From NCBI GenBank assembly GCA_016699045.1, contig CP064957.1, positions 537,784-601,783 of the forward strand: a DNA stretch of 64,000 bases. Reading direction: 5' to 3'. Position numbers and translations under genes: made by a program. The stretch comes from a bacterium. Its GTDB lineage: Bacteria > Babelota > Babeliae > Babelales > RVW-14. Positions 9,229 to 17,669 of this stretch are shown here, piece by piece; within the stretch, counting starts at the first letter, position 1; the number at the start of each line of letters is the position of its first letter. The notes below the pieces were generated by a model. The model had not been told where the DNA came from and searched no databases. It worked only from the letters and a program-made list of their open reading frames with translations.

Positions 9229-10070
9229 GAAGATACCTCAGGCTTTTTTAAAACACAGGCTTGCATATGATTATGAAAAAAAGGAATTTTAGTAAACAGC
9301 CAGTTGAGGCATACCCCAAGCTTGCTCATCTTAAATTCCCAATTTTTAAAGGTTACTAACGGCGCACCGAAACAATGCAACAACCCATCAACATGCGCAA
9401 TCGGATTACTTTCAATAATTTTAAACCCAGCACGCGTGCACACGCGATCAAATTGTCGTTTGGTAAAACGATATTCAAAAAAATTACCATGTTGCGGATC
9501 AATGTAATAACCAAGCTGCTTACCATTGGCCACAAGCTTTTTTTTGCCACACAACGCGCGCAACCAACCCCACAAGCGCGGATCAATTTTTTTAAGCCAA
9601 TAACTAATGCGACGCACTATGTTGAAACTGGGCACGGTTATGATAAGCGTACCGCCCGGCTTTAAAATTTTAAACATAGCAGCCATCGCTTGATCGGGAC
9701 CTTGCGGAAAATGCTCAACAACACCATAACTCAAGACGACATCAAATGAATTCTCAGGATACGGCATATTGAGAAGATCACCCTGCACTACTTTGAGCGC
9801 TGGAAATGTTTTATTGAGCCAGGCAACCGGCGCTGGATTAATTTCAATACTTTCTAAATTATTGAAACCTTTGTTATCAAGATATTTGGAAACACGTCCA
9901 ATCCCACAACCAGCTTCTAAAATTTTGAGATTTTTTGCTGGCAAATATTTGAGTGTGATAGTAACTTCATCATCAACATCACAGCTTTTTAATAATTGAT
10001 CGAAATCTTTTGGATCCCAAGAAAAAACGGTACTACAGCCGATATTTTCTACTTTTTGATTGTCTATCAT
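9225..10070 (-). CDS. class I SAM-dependent methyltransferase
   Basis: ATG at 10068-10070, 6 nt after GAGGAG; the ORF-track start at 10073 is a GTG one codon upstream. Motif I is ILEAGCGIGRVSKYL, then LKPGGTLIITVP. Confidence 0.75.
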   Translation of the reverse strand: MIDNQKVENIGCSTVFSWDPKDFDQLLKSCDVDDEVTITLKYLPAKNLKILEAGCGIGRVSKYLDNKGFNNLESIEINPAPVAWLNKTFPALKVVQGDLLNMPYPENSFDVVLSYGVVEHFPQGPDQAMAAMFKILKPGGTLIITVPSFNIVRRISYWLKKIDPRLWGWLRALCGKKKLVANGKQLGYYIDPQHGNFFEYRFTKRQFDRVCTRAGFKIIESNPIAHVDGLLHCFGAPLVTFKNWEFKMSKLGVCLNWLFTKIPFFHNHMQACVLKKPEVSS

Positions 10071-10284
10071 CACTTACTCCTCTTTTTTGATGGATAGCCC
10101 CCAGCTTAGCGCAAATGATTATAAAAAAAAAGTAGCCCCTAATAAACCCCGGCAAGTCAAAAACACCCCTTTTTACCCCCTAATTTTAGACCCCGGCAAG
10201 GGCCATATAATGGCTTTTAAACTAGGCCTTTTCTCAAAAATAGCCCTTTTTGGCCCTTTTTGAACATTTCTATTTGTAAACATA

Positions 10285-10313
10285 TTGACTTTATTATTTT
10301 CTATTAGTAAGAT
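10285..10313 (+). promoter_or_regulatory. sigma70-like promoter candidate for the small ORF at 10380
   Basis: TTGACT (10285-10290), 17-nt spacer, TAAGAT (10308-10313). Followed by RBS AGAGGAG about 8 nt before the ATG at 10380. Confidence 0.4.
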
Positions 10314-10379
10314 AGATATAGAATGGAGCGATTGCTCTAGTATAAGTTCAACCTCGTATTTTTCAGAGGAGCAAAACTT

Positions 10380-10577
10380 ATGAAGAAAATAGTTAAAAAT
10401 AATCTTCTAGGTTTGATGTTGTTATCATTTGTATTTGGCGTAGCTTCAAGTAATCTTTTTGCAGAAGGCGAAGAAACTTACGAAGCACCACAAGAAGAAG
10501 TGATTATGCCTTTGGATCCAGCGCCAACGCCAGAAGAACCTGTCGTTGCACCTGAAGAAGGTCAAATTTCCGAATAA
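10380..10577 (+). CDS. small secreted acidic Pro/Glu-rich peptide (hypothetical)
   Basis: 65 aa. Signal peptide MKKIVKNNLLGLMLLSFVFGVASSNLFA, then a 37-aa acidic tail. Has its own RBS, promoter-like hexamers and a downstream hairpin. Confidence 0.5.
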   Translation: MKKIVKNNLLGLMLLSFVFGVASSNLFAEGEETYEAPQEEVIMPLDPAPTPEEPVVAPEEGQISE

Positions 10578-10603
10578 GAAACCTATTTGGTTGAATATGA
10601 GAA

Positions 10604-10634
10604 AAGGCTTAGGCTTTCGCCTAGGTCTTTTTTT
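10604..10634 (+). terminator. intrinsic terminator candidate
   Basis: AAGGCTTAGGC (10604-10614), loop TTTC, GCCTAGGTCTT (10619-10629). An 11-bp stem with two G-U pairs, running into a T-run to 10634. Confidence 0.45.
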
Positions 10635-11697
10635 ATGTAAATATTCCCCGTTTCCACCAAATCTTATCTGAAAATACGCCACTAAAGTCATGCTTCTCAA
10701 AAAAATACTCATAAACACTTAAACGTCTATCGTGTTGTACATATCGCTTTAAAAATCTATTAACACGCCCTTCGCGTGTTTGATTTTCAAGATCAAGCGA
10801 CAAGCGACCCAGCGGCATTATTATCTTTTTTCTCAACAGATATTTCGCTAAGTAAAAATTAAAGCACGATTGCATATGCCAAAAGAGTATGCGCTTGGTA
10901 TAACGTTGATGCTGGGCATCTTCGCGCGAATACGAAAAATAATCAATGCCATTTTTTCGAAAATACTTGTAAGGAAAACAATCATCATAAAAGTTAATCA
11001 ATAATGGATTTTCAAAAAGAAGATAATCCTGAAGCCGCTCATAAACATTCTCAATCGATTGCTGCACCAGTTGGCGTGTATGAATGAGATGCGAAATCAA
11101 ATCTTGATCGCTGGTAATTGTTTGACGAAAGCGCGAGCCCGCCCACCGCGTTTTAAATGAAATTTCCCACCCTACACGTTGCTGCCAGGCCTGAGCAGAG
11201 TATTCTTCGATATTGGAAACAAAACGATCAAGCTGCGCTTGGTACTGCACAAACCAACCAGTATCGCTTATCACGGTAAAAGCCGGGCACCCCTGCAACA
11301 CAAACGTAGTGCCCGTCAATTTTTCAGCAATTATTTTTGGATCTTCGTTAAAAACAATATCCCCATCGTAATGAATAACCGGTTGATTCTGAAATACGTC
11401 TCTAATTACCAGCCAACGCAAAAAACATTTTTTTTCATAATCACCAAAACGATCAAGCTGCGTATAACGCTGGGCATGAGCTTGGTACAAACTGCTCGCG
11501 TCATAAAGCGTAAAACCAAGAGTGCGTAATTCAGTTTTATACGCATCACTTAAAAGCTGAAGGCCCTGCAAAAAAAGAATCGCAATATCATTTGAATAAC
11601 CAAGCTGCCGATTACGCCTACCAACAAATGCAAGCGGCACATGCCGCTCAAAGGTTATTTCGCTTTCAGCACACCAGGCAACAATGACATTCTTCAT
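10633..11697 (-). CDS. hypothetical protein, possible GT-A/GT8-like nucleotide-sugar transferase
   Basis: 354 aa, no TM. CFLRWLVIRDVFQNQPVIHYDGDIVF resembles the strand-DxD region of GT8-like enzymes. Assignment is weak. Confidence 0.35.
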   Translation of the reverse strand: MKNVIVAWCAESEITFERHVPLAFVGRRNRQLGYSNDIAILFLQGLQLLSDAYKTELRTLGFTLYDASSLYQAHAQRYTQLDRFGDYEKKCFLRWLVIRDVFQNQPVIHYDGDIVFNEDPKIIAEKLTGTTFVLQGCPAFTVISDTGWFVQYQAQLDRFVSNIEEYSAQAWQQRVGWEISFKTRWAGSRFRQTITSDQDLISHLIHTRQLVQQSIENVYERLQDYLLFENPLLINFYDDCFPYKYFRKNGIDYFSYSREDAQHQRYTKRILFWHMQSCFNFYLAKYLLRKKIIMPLGRLSLDLENQTREGRVNRFLKRYVQHDRRLSVYEYFFEKHDFSGVFSDKIWWKRGIFT

Positions 11698-11706
11698 GAA
11701 ATTTTC

Positions 11707-12129
11707 TTAACAAACCGAACCATAACCGCCACACCCGGGTTCTATTCCAGCCTGGCTTTTCCACATTGGAATGAGCAATCTATACGTACCATAATTTTCT
11801 AAAAGCATAACAATACGGCTAAGATCGCGCAAACGAGCAGTATTGGGAGTTGCATTTGCAACAAGCTCATGCTTAGCAATATTCACACAAAATTCCTGCA
11901 AATGTTTGTCTTCTAGAACAGATTCGGTCTCAATACATTCTACAAAATCACTTAGATTAGCCTCAAGAATAATTGCACACAAGCGCTCTTTTAACGAAAC
12001 CTCGTTGATTACAAACCCTTCCACAGTGTCATTATCCACCATTTCTTGAAGCCCTTCATCAAAAACAGCTTCAACTGAAAAAAAATTACTAAAAGTACAG
12101 AAGATCATTAACAACATATATTTTTTCAT
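11707..12129 (-). CDS. hypothetical secreted protein
   Basis: 140 aa. N-terminal signal-like MKKYMLLMIFCTFSNFFSVEA. No recognisable domain. Confidence 0.45.
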   Translation of the reverse strand: MKKYMLLMIFCTFSNFFSVEAVFDEGLQEMVDNDTVEGFVINEVSLKERLCAIILEANLSDFVECIETESVLEDKHLQEFCVNIAKHELVANATPNTARLRDLSRIVMLLENYGTYRLLIPMWKSQAGIEPGCGGYGSVC

Positions 12130-12193
12130 ACTAAACTCCTAAACACCAATACCAAGTCACTACAAAATTTTGTCACTGATTTAATGAATACCT

Positions 12194-13249
12194 TCATGCT
12201 AAATGCTCTTCAACAAAATCCGTTCTAACATTAACTCCTGCTTGATAATATTTCTTTAACCATTCATAAATTTTGGCAATCCCTTGATCGCAAGAAATTT
12301 TTGGATTAAAACCTAACAATGCTTCTGAGCGGGTGTTATCTGAAATAAACATAAGCTGGTCGCCAGGCCGCCAATTATCAAATGAATACTGAATCTTATC
12401 GCCAGCCAAACCTTTTAAGACATCAAAAAATTCTAGTAAAGACAATGAGTTTTGTTGCCCACCGCCCATATTAAAAGCAAGTCCCTGAACTTTTTCTGCA
12501 TTCATGATAGCCAGTTCATAAAAATCAACCAGATCTGAAACATACAAAACATCGCGTACTTGCTTGCCATTTCCATAAATAGTAATTGGTTTTTTTTCAA
12601 GATGCGCAATAATAAACCACGCTATCCAGCCCTGGTCTTCAACACCAAACTGATGTGGGCCATAAATACATGACTGCCTAACAGTAATAGCTTTAAGCCC
12701 ATAAATACGAGCATAATCTAACGTATACTGATCGGCAGTACCTTTTGAACAGCCGTACGGAGAAAAAAATTCAAGCGGCTGCTCCTCACTAACACCTTTG
12801 TACAAAGGATTAGGAGAACGGTAACGCGAGGTATCTTCAATTAAATGTTGTTCTGCAATTTTACCGTAAACCTTATTAGTTGAAGCATTAATAAAAACAG
12901 CATGCGGCGAAAATAAGCGTACACATTCCAAAACATTAAAAGTTCCAAGCGCATTAACATAAAAATCATGCCGCGGATCCTGAACCGATAACGTTACCGC
13001 AACTTGAGCGGCCAAATGAATAACTGCATCAAACGTATGTACTTTAAAATATTTCTCTAAATTTTCACGATCAGTAATATCAAGCTGTAAAAAATTAAAT
13101 AAAAGATTTTCACGCATCCAACGAATATTAATTAATGCCGTTTGCCGTGAAAGATTATCAATAACAAAAACCTCATGTCCTTGCTCTGCAAAATGCTTTA
13201 CCACATTGCAACCTATAAAACCCGCTCCACCAGTTACTAAAATTTTCAT
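12194..13249 (-). CDS. NAD-dependent epimerase/dehydratase (extended SDR, CDP-paratose/tyvelose 2-epimerase-like)
   Basis: 351 aa. [13 protein letters not shown] Rossmann motif and catalytic YGCSK (YxxxK). Confidence 0.8.
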   Translation of the reverse strand: MKILVTGGAGFIGCNVVKHFAEQGHEVFVIDNLSRQTALINIRWMRENLLFNFLQLDITDRENLEKYFKVHTFDAVIHLAAQVAVTLSVQDPRHDFYVNALGTFNVLECVRLFSPHAVFINASTNKVYGKIAEQHLIEDTSRYRSPNPLYKGVSEEQPLEFFSPYGCSKGTADQYTLDYARIYGLKAITVRQSCIYGPHQFGVEDQGWIAWFIIAHLEKKPITIYGNGKQVRDVLYVSDLVDFYELAIMNAEKVQGLAFNMGGGQQNSLSLLEFFDVLKGLAGDKIQYSFDNWRPGDQLMFISDNTRSEALLGFNPKISCDQGIAKIYEWLKKYYQAGVNVRTDFVEEHLA

Positions 13250-13251
13250 TA

Positions 13252-14331
13252 CTACCCCTTAAACGCAAGCTTTTGATATGCCTTTGGTAATTCTTTAATC
13301 ACGGTATCAAAATTTTTATCGGCAACGCCTTGCAGTCCCAAATCCCACAAATAGCTGGCAAGCCCCGGGCTCTTGTGCAACACTCCCTGCATTTTGATCA
13401 TGGAAGTATAATAATGAAACCAGATTTCATCAGGCAATAAAGGCGCTTTGGCCCCACGCAAGCGCTGCAGCTTGGAGCGAACATAATGCCGTACTAGAAA
13501 GCGAATATTGTCAAAATCACGCAATACTTTTTGCATTCCTTGCGCTTTAAATTCTTGCATATTGATACGCGTAAGCGCACCACAATGTCCCTCTCCAACC
13601 ATGCGAGACATCCAAAATTCTTGTGTCAAGCGATAGGGAGGAATCACGTGCTCTACCACTATTTTTGGTGAATAAAAAATTTTATAGCCATGCGTTTTAC
13701 AGCGCTTACAAAAACCGTAATCACCAGGACCCACATATAATTTTTTAAAAGTCTTTTCAGCAATATTGGTCTCTACTCCCACCGTGTCTGGCGGAAAACC
13801 ACCAATTTCTTTGTATACGGACTTGCGAATTGCCATGATGGGGCCAGGTACCGCATCAACCTCTTTTTCTTGCTCCCCCAAATTGTACAGCGATAAACCG
13901 TTAAAACTATTTTGCAAATCAAGCACCCATTGCGGCGGCTCTTGCTCAAACCGTGGTAAAATTTTACCACCGGCAACAGCACAATCTGGATACTTATCAA
14001 AAATTTCTTCAATTGCCTCAAGCGTCCCTTGATGCACAATTACATCATCGTCAAGATAGACAATTATAGGGCCACGCGCATGTAAAGCCCCTGTGTGACG
14101 AGCTCGTGTAAACGATGTGTTGCCTTCAAAAACGTAACGAACTCGATCCCCATAACTTGTAACCAATTCTTTCGTCTGATCTTTTGAATTATTATCAACA
14201 ACAACTATTTCATAAGAAACCTTGCTAGCACCACTAAAGATACTTTCAAGGAGCCGCTTAAGAGATGCTGCTCGATTGTGCGTAGGAACTAACAGAGAAA
14301 TTTTTGGTTCAATCATGACAACCCTTTTCAC
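13252..14331 (-). CDS. GT2 family glycosyltransferase
   Basis: 359 aa. ISLLVPTHNRAASLKRLLESI, VVVDNNSKDQT, YLDDDV (DxD). Confidence 0.8.
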   Translation of the reverse strand: MKRVVMIEPKISLLVPTHNRAASLKRLLESIFSGASKVSYEIVVVDNNSKDQTKELVTSYGDRVRYVFEGNTSFTRARHTGALHARGPIIVYLDDDVIVHQGTLEAIEEIFDKYPDCAVAGGKILPRFEQEPPQWVLDLQNSFNGLSLYNLGEQEKEVDAVPGPIMAIRKSVYKEIGGFPPDTVGVETNIAEKTFKKLYVGPGDYGFCKRCKTHGYKIFYSPKIVVEHVIPPYRLTQEFWMSRMVGEGHCGALTRINMQEFKAQGMQKVLRDFDNIRFLVRHYVRSKLQRLRGAKAPLLPDEIWFHYYTSMIKMQGVLHKSPGLASYLWDLGLQGVADKNFDTVIKELPKAYQKLAFKG

Positions 14332-15764
14332 TTTTCAAAAATAATCAATTGACGCGTTTCTGGGTGAGATGGCAACAGCACCGCGTTCCTAAAAAATTTC
14401 TTTCCCTCTTCAAGTACTCGATCTATATTGTACGTTTTTAATGAATATTTAGACAAATGCTTAAAAAAATTAGGATCTGTTACAATCATTGAATCATCTA
14501 ATGCAACAAACTCAAGAACCAATGCCTTATGCGTTAGCATTGCCAGTATGGACAGAACATGTTCAAGTTTTTCATTCATGCCCAAAACAAGATGGTGCAA
14601 TAACCCAAGACACAACACAACATCAGATTGCAAGCGATCATGCGCTGGCAAAAAAAGCGGCGTTTTTTTAAATTCATCAGTTTGATAAACACTATCAGTT
14701 GGCACTGCACCAAAAGCAGAGCGTTGTAAATCTTTAAATGATAAAAAAAGTGGAAGAATATTTAGATTTTCTTGCTTGGCAAAACGATATAAAAAATCAA
14801 CACATGATTCATCGATATCAGTTGCAGTAACTTTGGCCCCAAGCTTTGCTGCTAAAATAGAAAACCAGCCAGTATTCGCACCCAAATCTAAAACACTTTT
14901 AGGCTTGTACTGCTGCAAAACCTGATAAACGCCCTTTTGCTTTTCTTTCCAATTAGTCTGATCATCAAAAGAAAAATTCTCTTTTTTTTCTTCATAATAG
15001 GCAACATAACTACCACTGCGCGAAGCAACCTCAAGCGCTTCGATAGACGCCAAAACATCGCGACAACAATCTTGAAAAGATTTGCGCTCAGCACAGGTAA
15101 GGGCATAATACAATCGGGCAGTCTGAAACGCCGTTTGTATCTTAGAACAGGCCCCTTGCATCCGAATCATATCGTGCCAAGTTGTTGAATGATTCCCTCT
15201 ATTACACGCATTGTGCCACAAGAGCTCTCGCGCACCTTTGTAATCTTTTCGACTCATAATAATTAATGGGAAAAGTATGTAAGGCAAAAACATTTTCTCA
15301 AAAATAATGTAATTAAATCCCTTATTTTGAGGATCTATTTCTTTGTACCACGCCTCTTTTACTCGATTTTCTTTTTTTATTATCGATAAAAAATCAATAA
15401 AGACAGGCTTGAAACCATTAAACACAATATTTTCAGGCAATGCATCTTTAAGAGTTAACCCATAAGTATCCAAATCAAGAAAAAGCTGCACGTGAAAGCG
15501 TGCAGCCTCTTTAAAAGCACTTACTGCCCACTCACTTGGATATGAGATAATATGTTTTTCGTGACTCAAAAAACCCTGCTGATCTGCTTGCTCTGTTCTT
15601 ACAATACCAATCTTTTCCAAATGATTTTTTTTATACTGCTTCAATAAATCTTGAGCTTCAGACCAATAAGTTTTATCAATTTCTCTTAAAATATGATCCT
15701 GAGCATCATACACTTTACCCTGCATATCATAACCAACAAGGCGCTTATTATTATGATTCAACAT
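14328..15764 (-). CDS. two-domain protein: kinase-like N-terminal domain fused to a class I SAM methyltransferase
   Basis: 478 aa. N-terminal domain has ISYPSEW ... LKDALPENIVF ... PVFIDFLS (D-x4-N and ID motifs). C-terminal domain has VLDLGANTGWFSILAAKLGAKVTATDID (motif I). Confidence 0.7.
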   Translation of the reverse strand: MLNHNNKRLVGYDMQGKVYDAQDHILREIDKTYWSEAQDLLKQYKKNHLEKIGIVRTEQADQQGFLSHEKHIISYPSEWAVSAFKEAARFHVQLFLDLDTYGLTLKDALPENIVFNGFKPVFIDFLSIIKKENRVKEAWYKEIDPQNKGFNYIIFEKMFLPYILFPLIIMSRKDYKGARELLWHNACNRGNHSTTWHDMIRMQGACSKIQTAFQTARLYYALTCAERKSFQDCCRDVLASIEALEVASRSGSYVAYYEEKKENFSFDDQTNWKEKQKGVYQVLQQYKPKSVLDLGANTGWFSILAAKLGAKVTATDIDESCVDFLYRFAKQENLNILPLFLSFKDLQRSAFGAVPTDSVYQTDEFKKTPLFLPAHDRLQSDVVLCLGLLHHLVLGMNEKLEHVLSILAMLTHKALVLEFVALDDSMIVTDPNFFKHLSKYSLKTYNIDRVLEEGKKFFRNAVLLPSHPETRQLIIFEK

Positions 15765-15939
15765 TATAAATACTCTAATACAGCTTAAGAGAACAACATG
15801 AAAACCATTTAAAACAGGAACAATTTTTTGAACTAGTCATATTACTACTCATTTGAAAATCACCATTCGATACATATTCATAACTACCAACATTACGCAT
15901 ATATAAAACAATATTTATCTGTAACCATATCTCCTTGTT

Positions 15940-17646
15940 TTAGAAATCAGGCCAACGATTTTGAGAAATAATGGGCAAATGATTAATAATGGAACCACAG
16001 ACATAATCAAACATCTTACTATTCCCAGGCATCAAAGCATCAGCTTTTGAAAAATTCAATATATTGTGACCAGTTAATGAATAATTAAAAAGATCAAATT
16101 TAATTGAATAAACAAAATGATATAAATATAAAAATTTCCATGCTTGTTGTTGATTATAAAGGCGCTCTTTAATAGATAGTGGATTATGAACTAAACGTTC
16201 TAATAAAGAAAAATATGCATCATAATTTTCAGGATCGTACGTAAACCCTTTTTGCGCATACGGCGCATGCCCAAGAGTAACAACAGGAACCCCAGCACAA
16301 GCCATTTCAATACCAAGAGTCGTAGTAAAAACAAGTCCGGCAGTAATATAATCAAATAAATCATACGCCTGAATATTGGTATCTGGTCTTAAACAAATAA
16401 TATTACTTGTTAAATTCAAACCAATACAAAAATCATACATACCTTGCCTTGTTATAGGAAAATATTTATTCCATTCACCAGGATGAACTTTGAGAATTAA
16501 ATTGAAATTTGGCTTTGTTTTAAAAAAAGTAATTACCTTTTCTAGCCATACAGGCATAGCTCCAAAAGATGAGGGGGATTCAAGTGCTGCAGCATCCCAT
16601 ATAATATTAATTGGCAACAAAAATGTCGGCTTAGAAAAATCGATATGACTCAATGATTGCTGAACTACTTTTACCACACAAGAAGCTGGATTTGCCGTAT
16701 TAACATTCATATTAATACCAGTTTTTCCATTCTTTAAATATGCCGTGACTAAAGCCTTTTGAGCATCAGAAAGATCTCTATTTTTCCAAGTTAACCAAAT
16801 ATCAGAAAAATCAGTTGGCACAACATCCGCATTAAAATTGTAACACCAAGTATTACGCACATAACCTATTGTTGAATTAAAATAAGGAATTTTTTTTCGA
16901 GCTGCTATGATTTTGATAATAGACCAAGGATAATAAAAACTTCCATTTGAATAAATCACATCAGGACTAATATCGTCGAATGCTTTTTTTAAAGCTTCAA
17001 TCATCAAAATAATATTAAATAAATATGACTTTAATTTTTTTTTATAATCGTTAACACACTGAATATCACCAACAAGTTCATTATTTTTAATAATATCTAC
17101 AATCCATTTGCCAACAGGCATAGAATCATAAAGCCAATGTTCATAATCAGCAATGTCATAACTTTCACAAAGTTGACGAGTATCACATTTTTGAGTTTCT
17201 AAAATATAGTTACGTAATTCAAATGGAACAACATCCAACCACTGCAACCATAGTTCATTATCTGCATCTTGGATAATCTTATTATTCTTGTGAAATTGCT
17301 CTTTATCTCTAACCGGATCATCGATATAACTACCCCAAATGCCACCAAAAAGACTTGTCTCTCCCTCTTGAATCCCACCCTCAATCAAAGAAACGATTTT
17401 GGCTCCACGTAATTTCAGGGCCTGCGCAAGCATCCAATCATGAATGCGATTAACTTCACAAACAGAAAAAGAGAGCGCAAATAAAATTCTTTGTCGTTTT
17501 AAATCAGATGGCATGCTACTTACTAAAATATCAATCTGTTGATTAATTTTTTGAATTTTGTTTCGTAATTCATTACGCTTGCGCATACGTAAAAATTGTC
17601 GCAGGTGATTTTTTACTTTAATTAAAGTATTTTTTACTTCAAACAT
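15940..17646 (-). CDS. Capsule_synth-family (KpsS/KpsC-like) polysaccharide biosynthesis protein
   Basis: 568 aa. LILKVHPGEW and TTTLGIEMACAGVPVVTLGHAPYAQKGFTYD resemble the KpsS/KpsC (beta-Kdo transferase) C-terminal core as I recall it. Confidence 0.55.
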   Translation of the reverse strand: MFEVKNTLIKVKNHLRQFLRMRKRNELRNKIQKINQQIDILVSSMPSDLKRQRILFALSFSVCEVNRIHDWMLAQALKLRGAKIVSLIEGGIQEGETSLFGGIWGSYIDDPVRDKEQFHKNNKIIQDADNELWLQWLDVVPFELRNYILETQKCDTRQLCESYDIADYEHWLYDSMPVGKWIVDIIKNNELVGDIQCVNDYKKKLKSYLFNIILMIEALKKAFDDISPDVIYSNGSFYYPWSIIKIIAARKKIPYFNSTIGYVRNTWCYNFNADVVPTDFSDIWLTWKNRDLSDAQKALVTAYLKNGKTGINMNVNTANPASCVVKVVQQSLSHIDFSKPTFLLPINIIWDAAALESPSSFGAMPVWLEKVITFFKTKPNFNLILKVHPGEWNKYFPITRQGMYDFCIGLNLTSNIICLRPDTNIQAYDLFDYITAGLVFTTTLGIEMACAGVPVVTLGHAPYAQKGFTYDPENYDAYFSLLERLVHNPLSIKERLYNQQQAWKFLYLYHFVYSIKFDLFNYSLTGHNILNFSKADALMPGNSKMFDYVCGSIINHLPIISQNRWPDF

Positions 17647-17669
17647 TACTCTCTTACCAACTTTTTTTA

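Noticed and set aside
15880-15939. AAGGAG plus ATG mini-ORF (MVTDKYCFIYA, 11 codons) just downstream of the Capsule_synth gene on the minus strand
   Set aside because: It is too short and nothing supports it beyond a chance RBS-like string in an A/T-rich spacer. It cannot be distinguished from noise.
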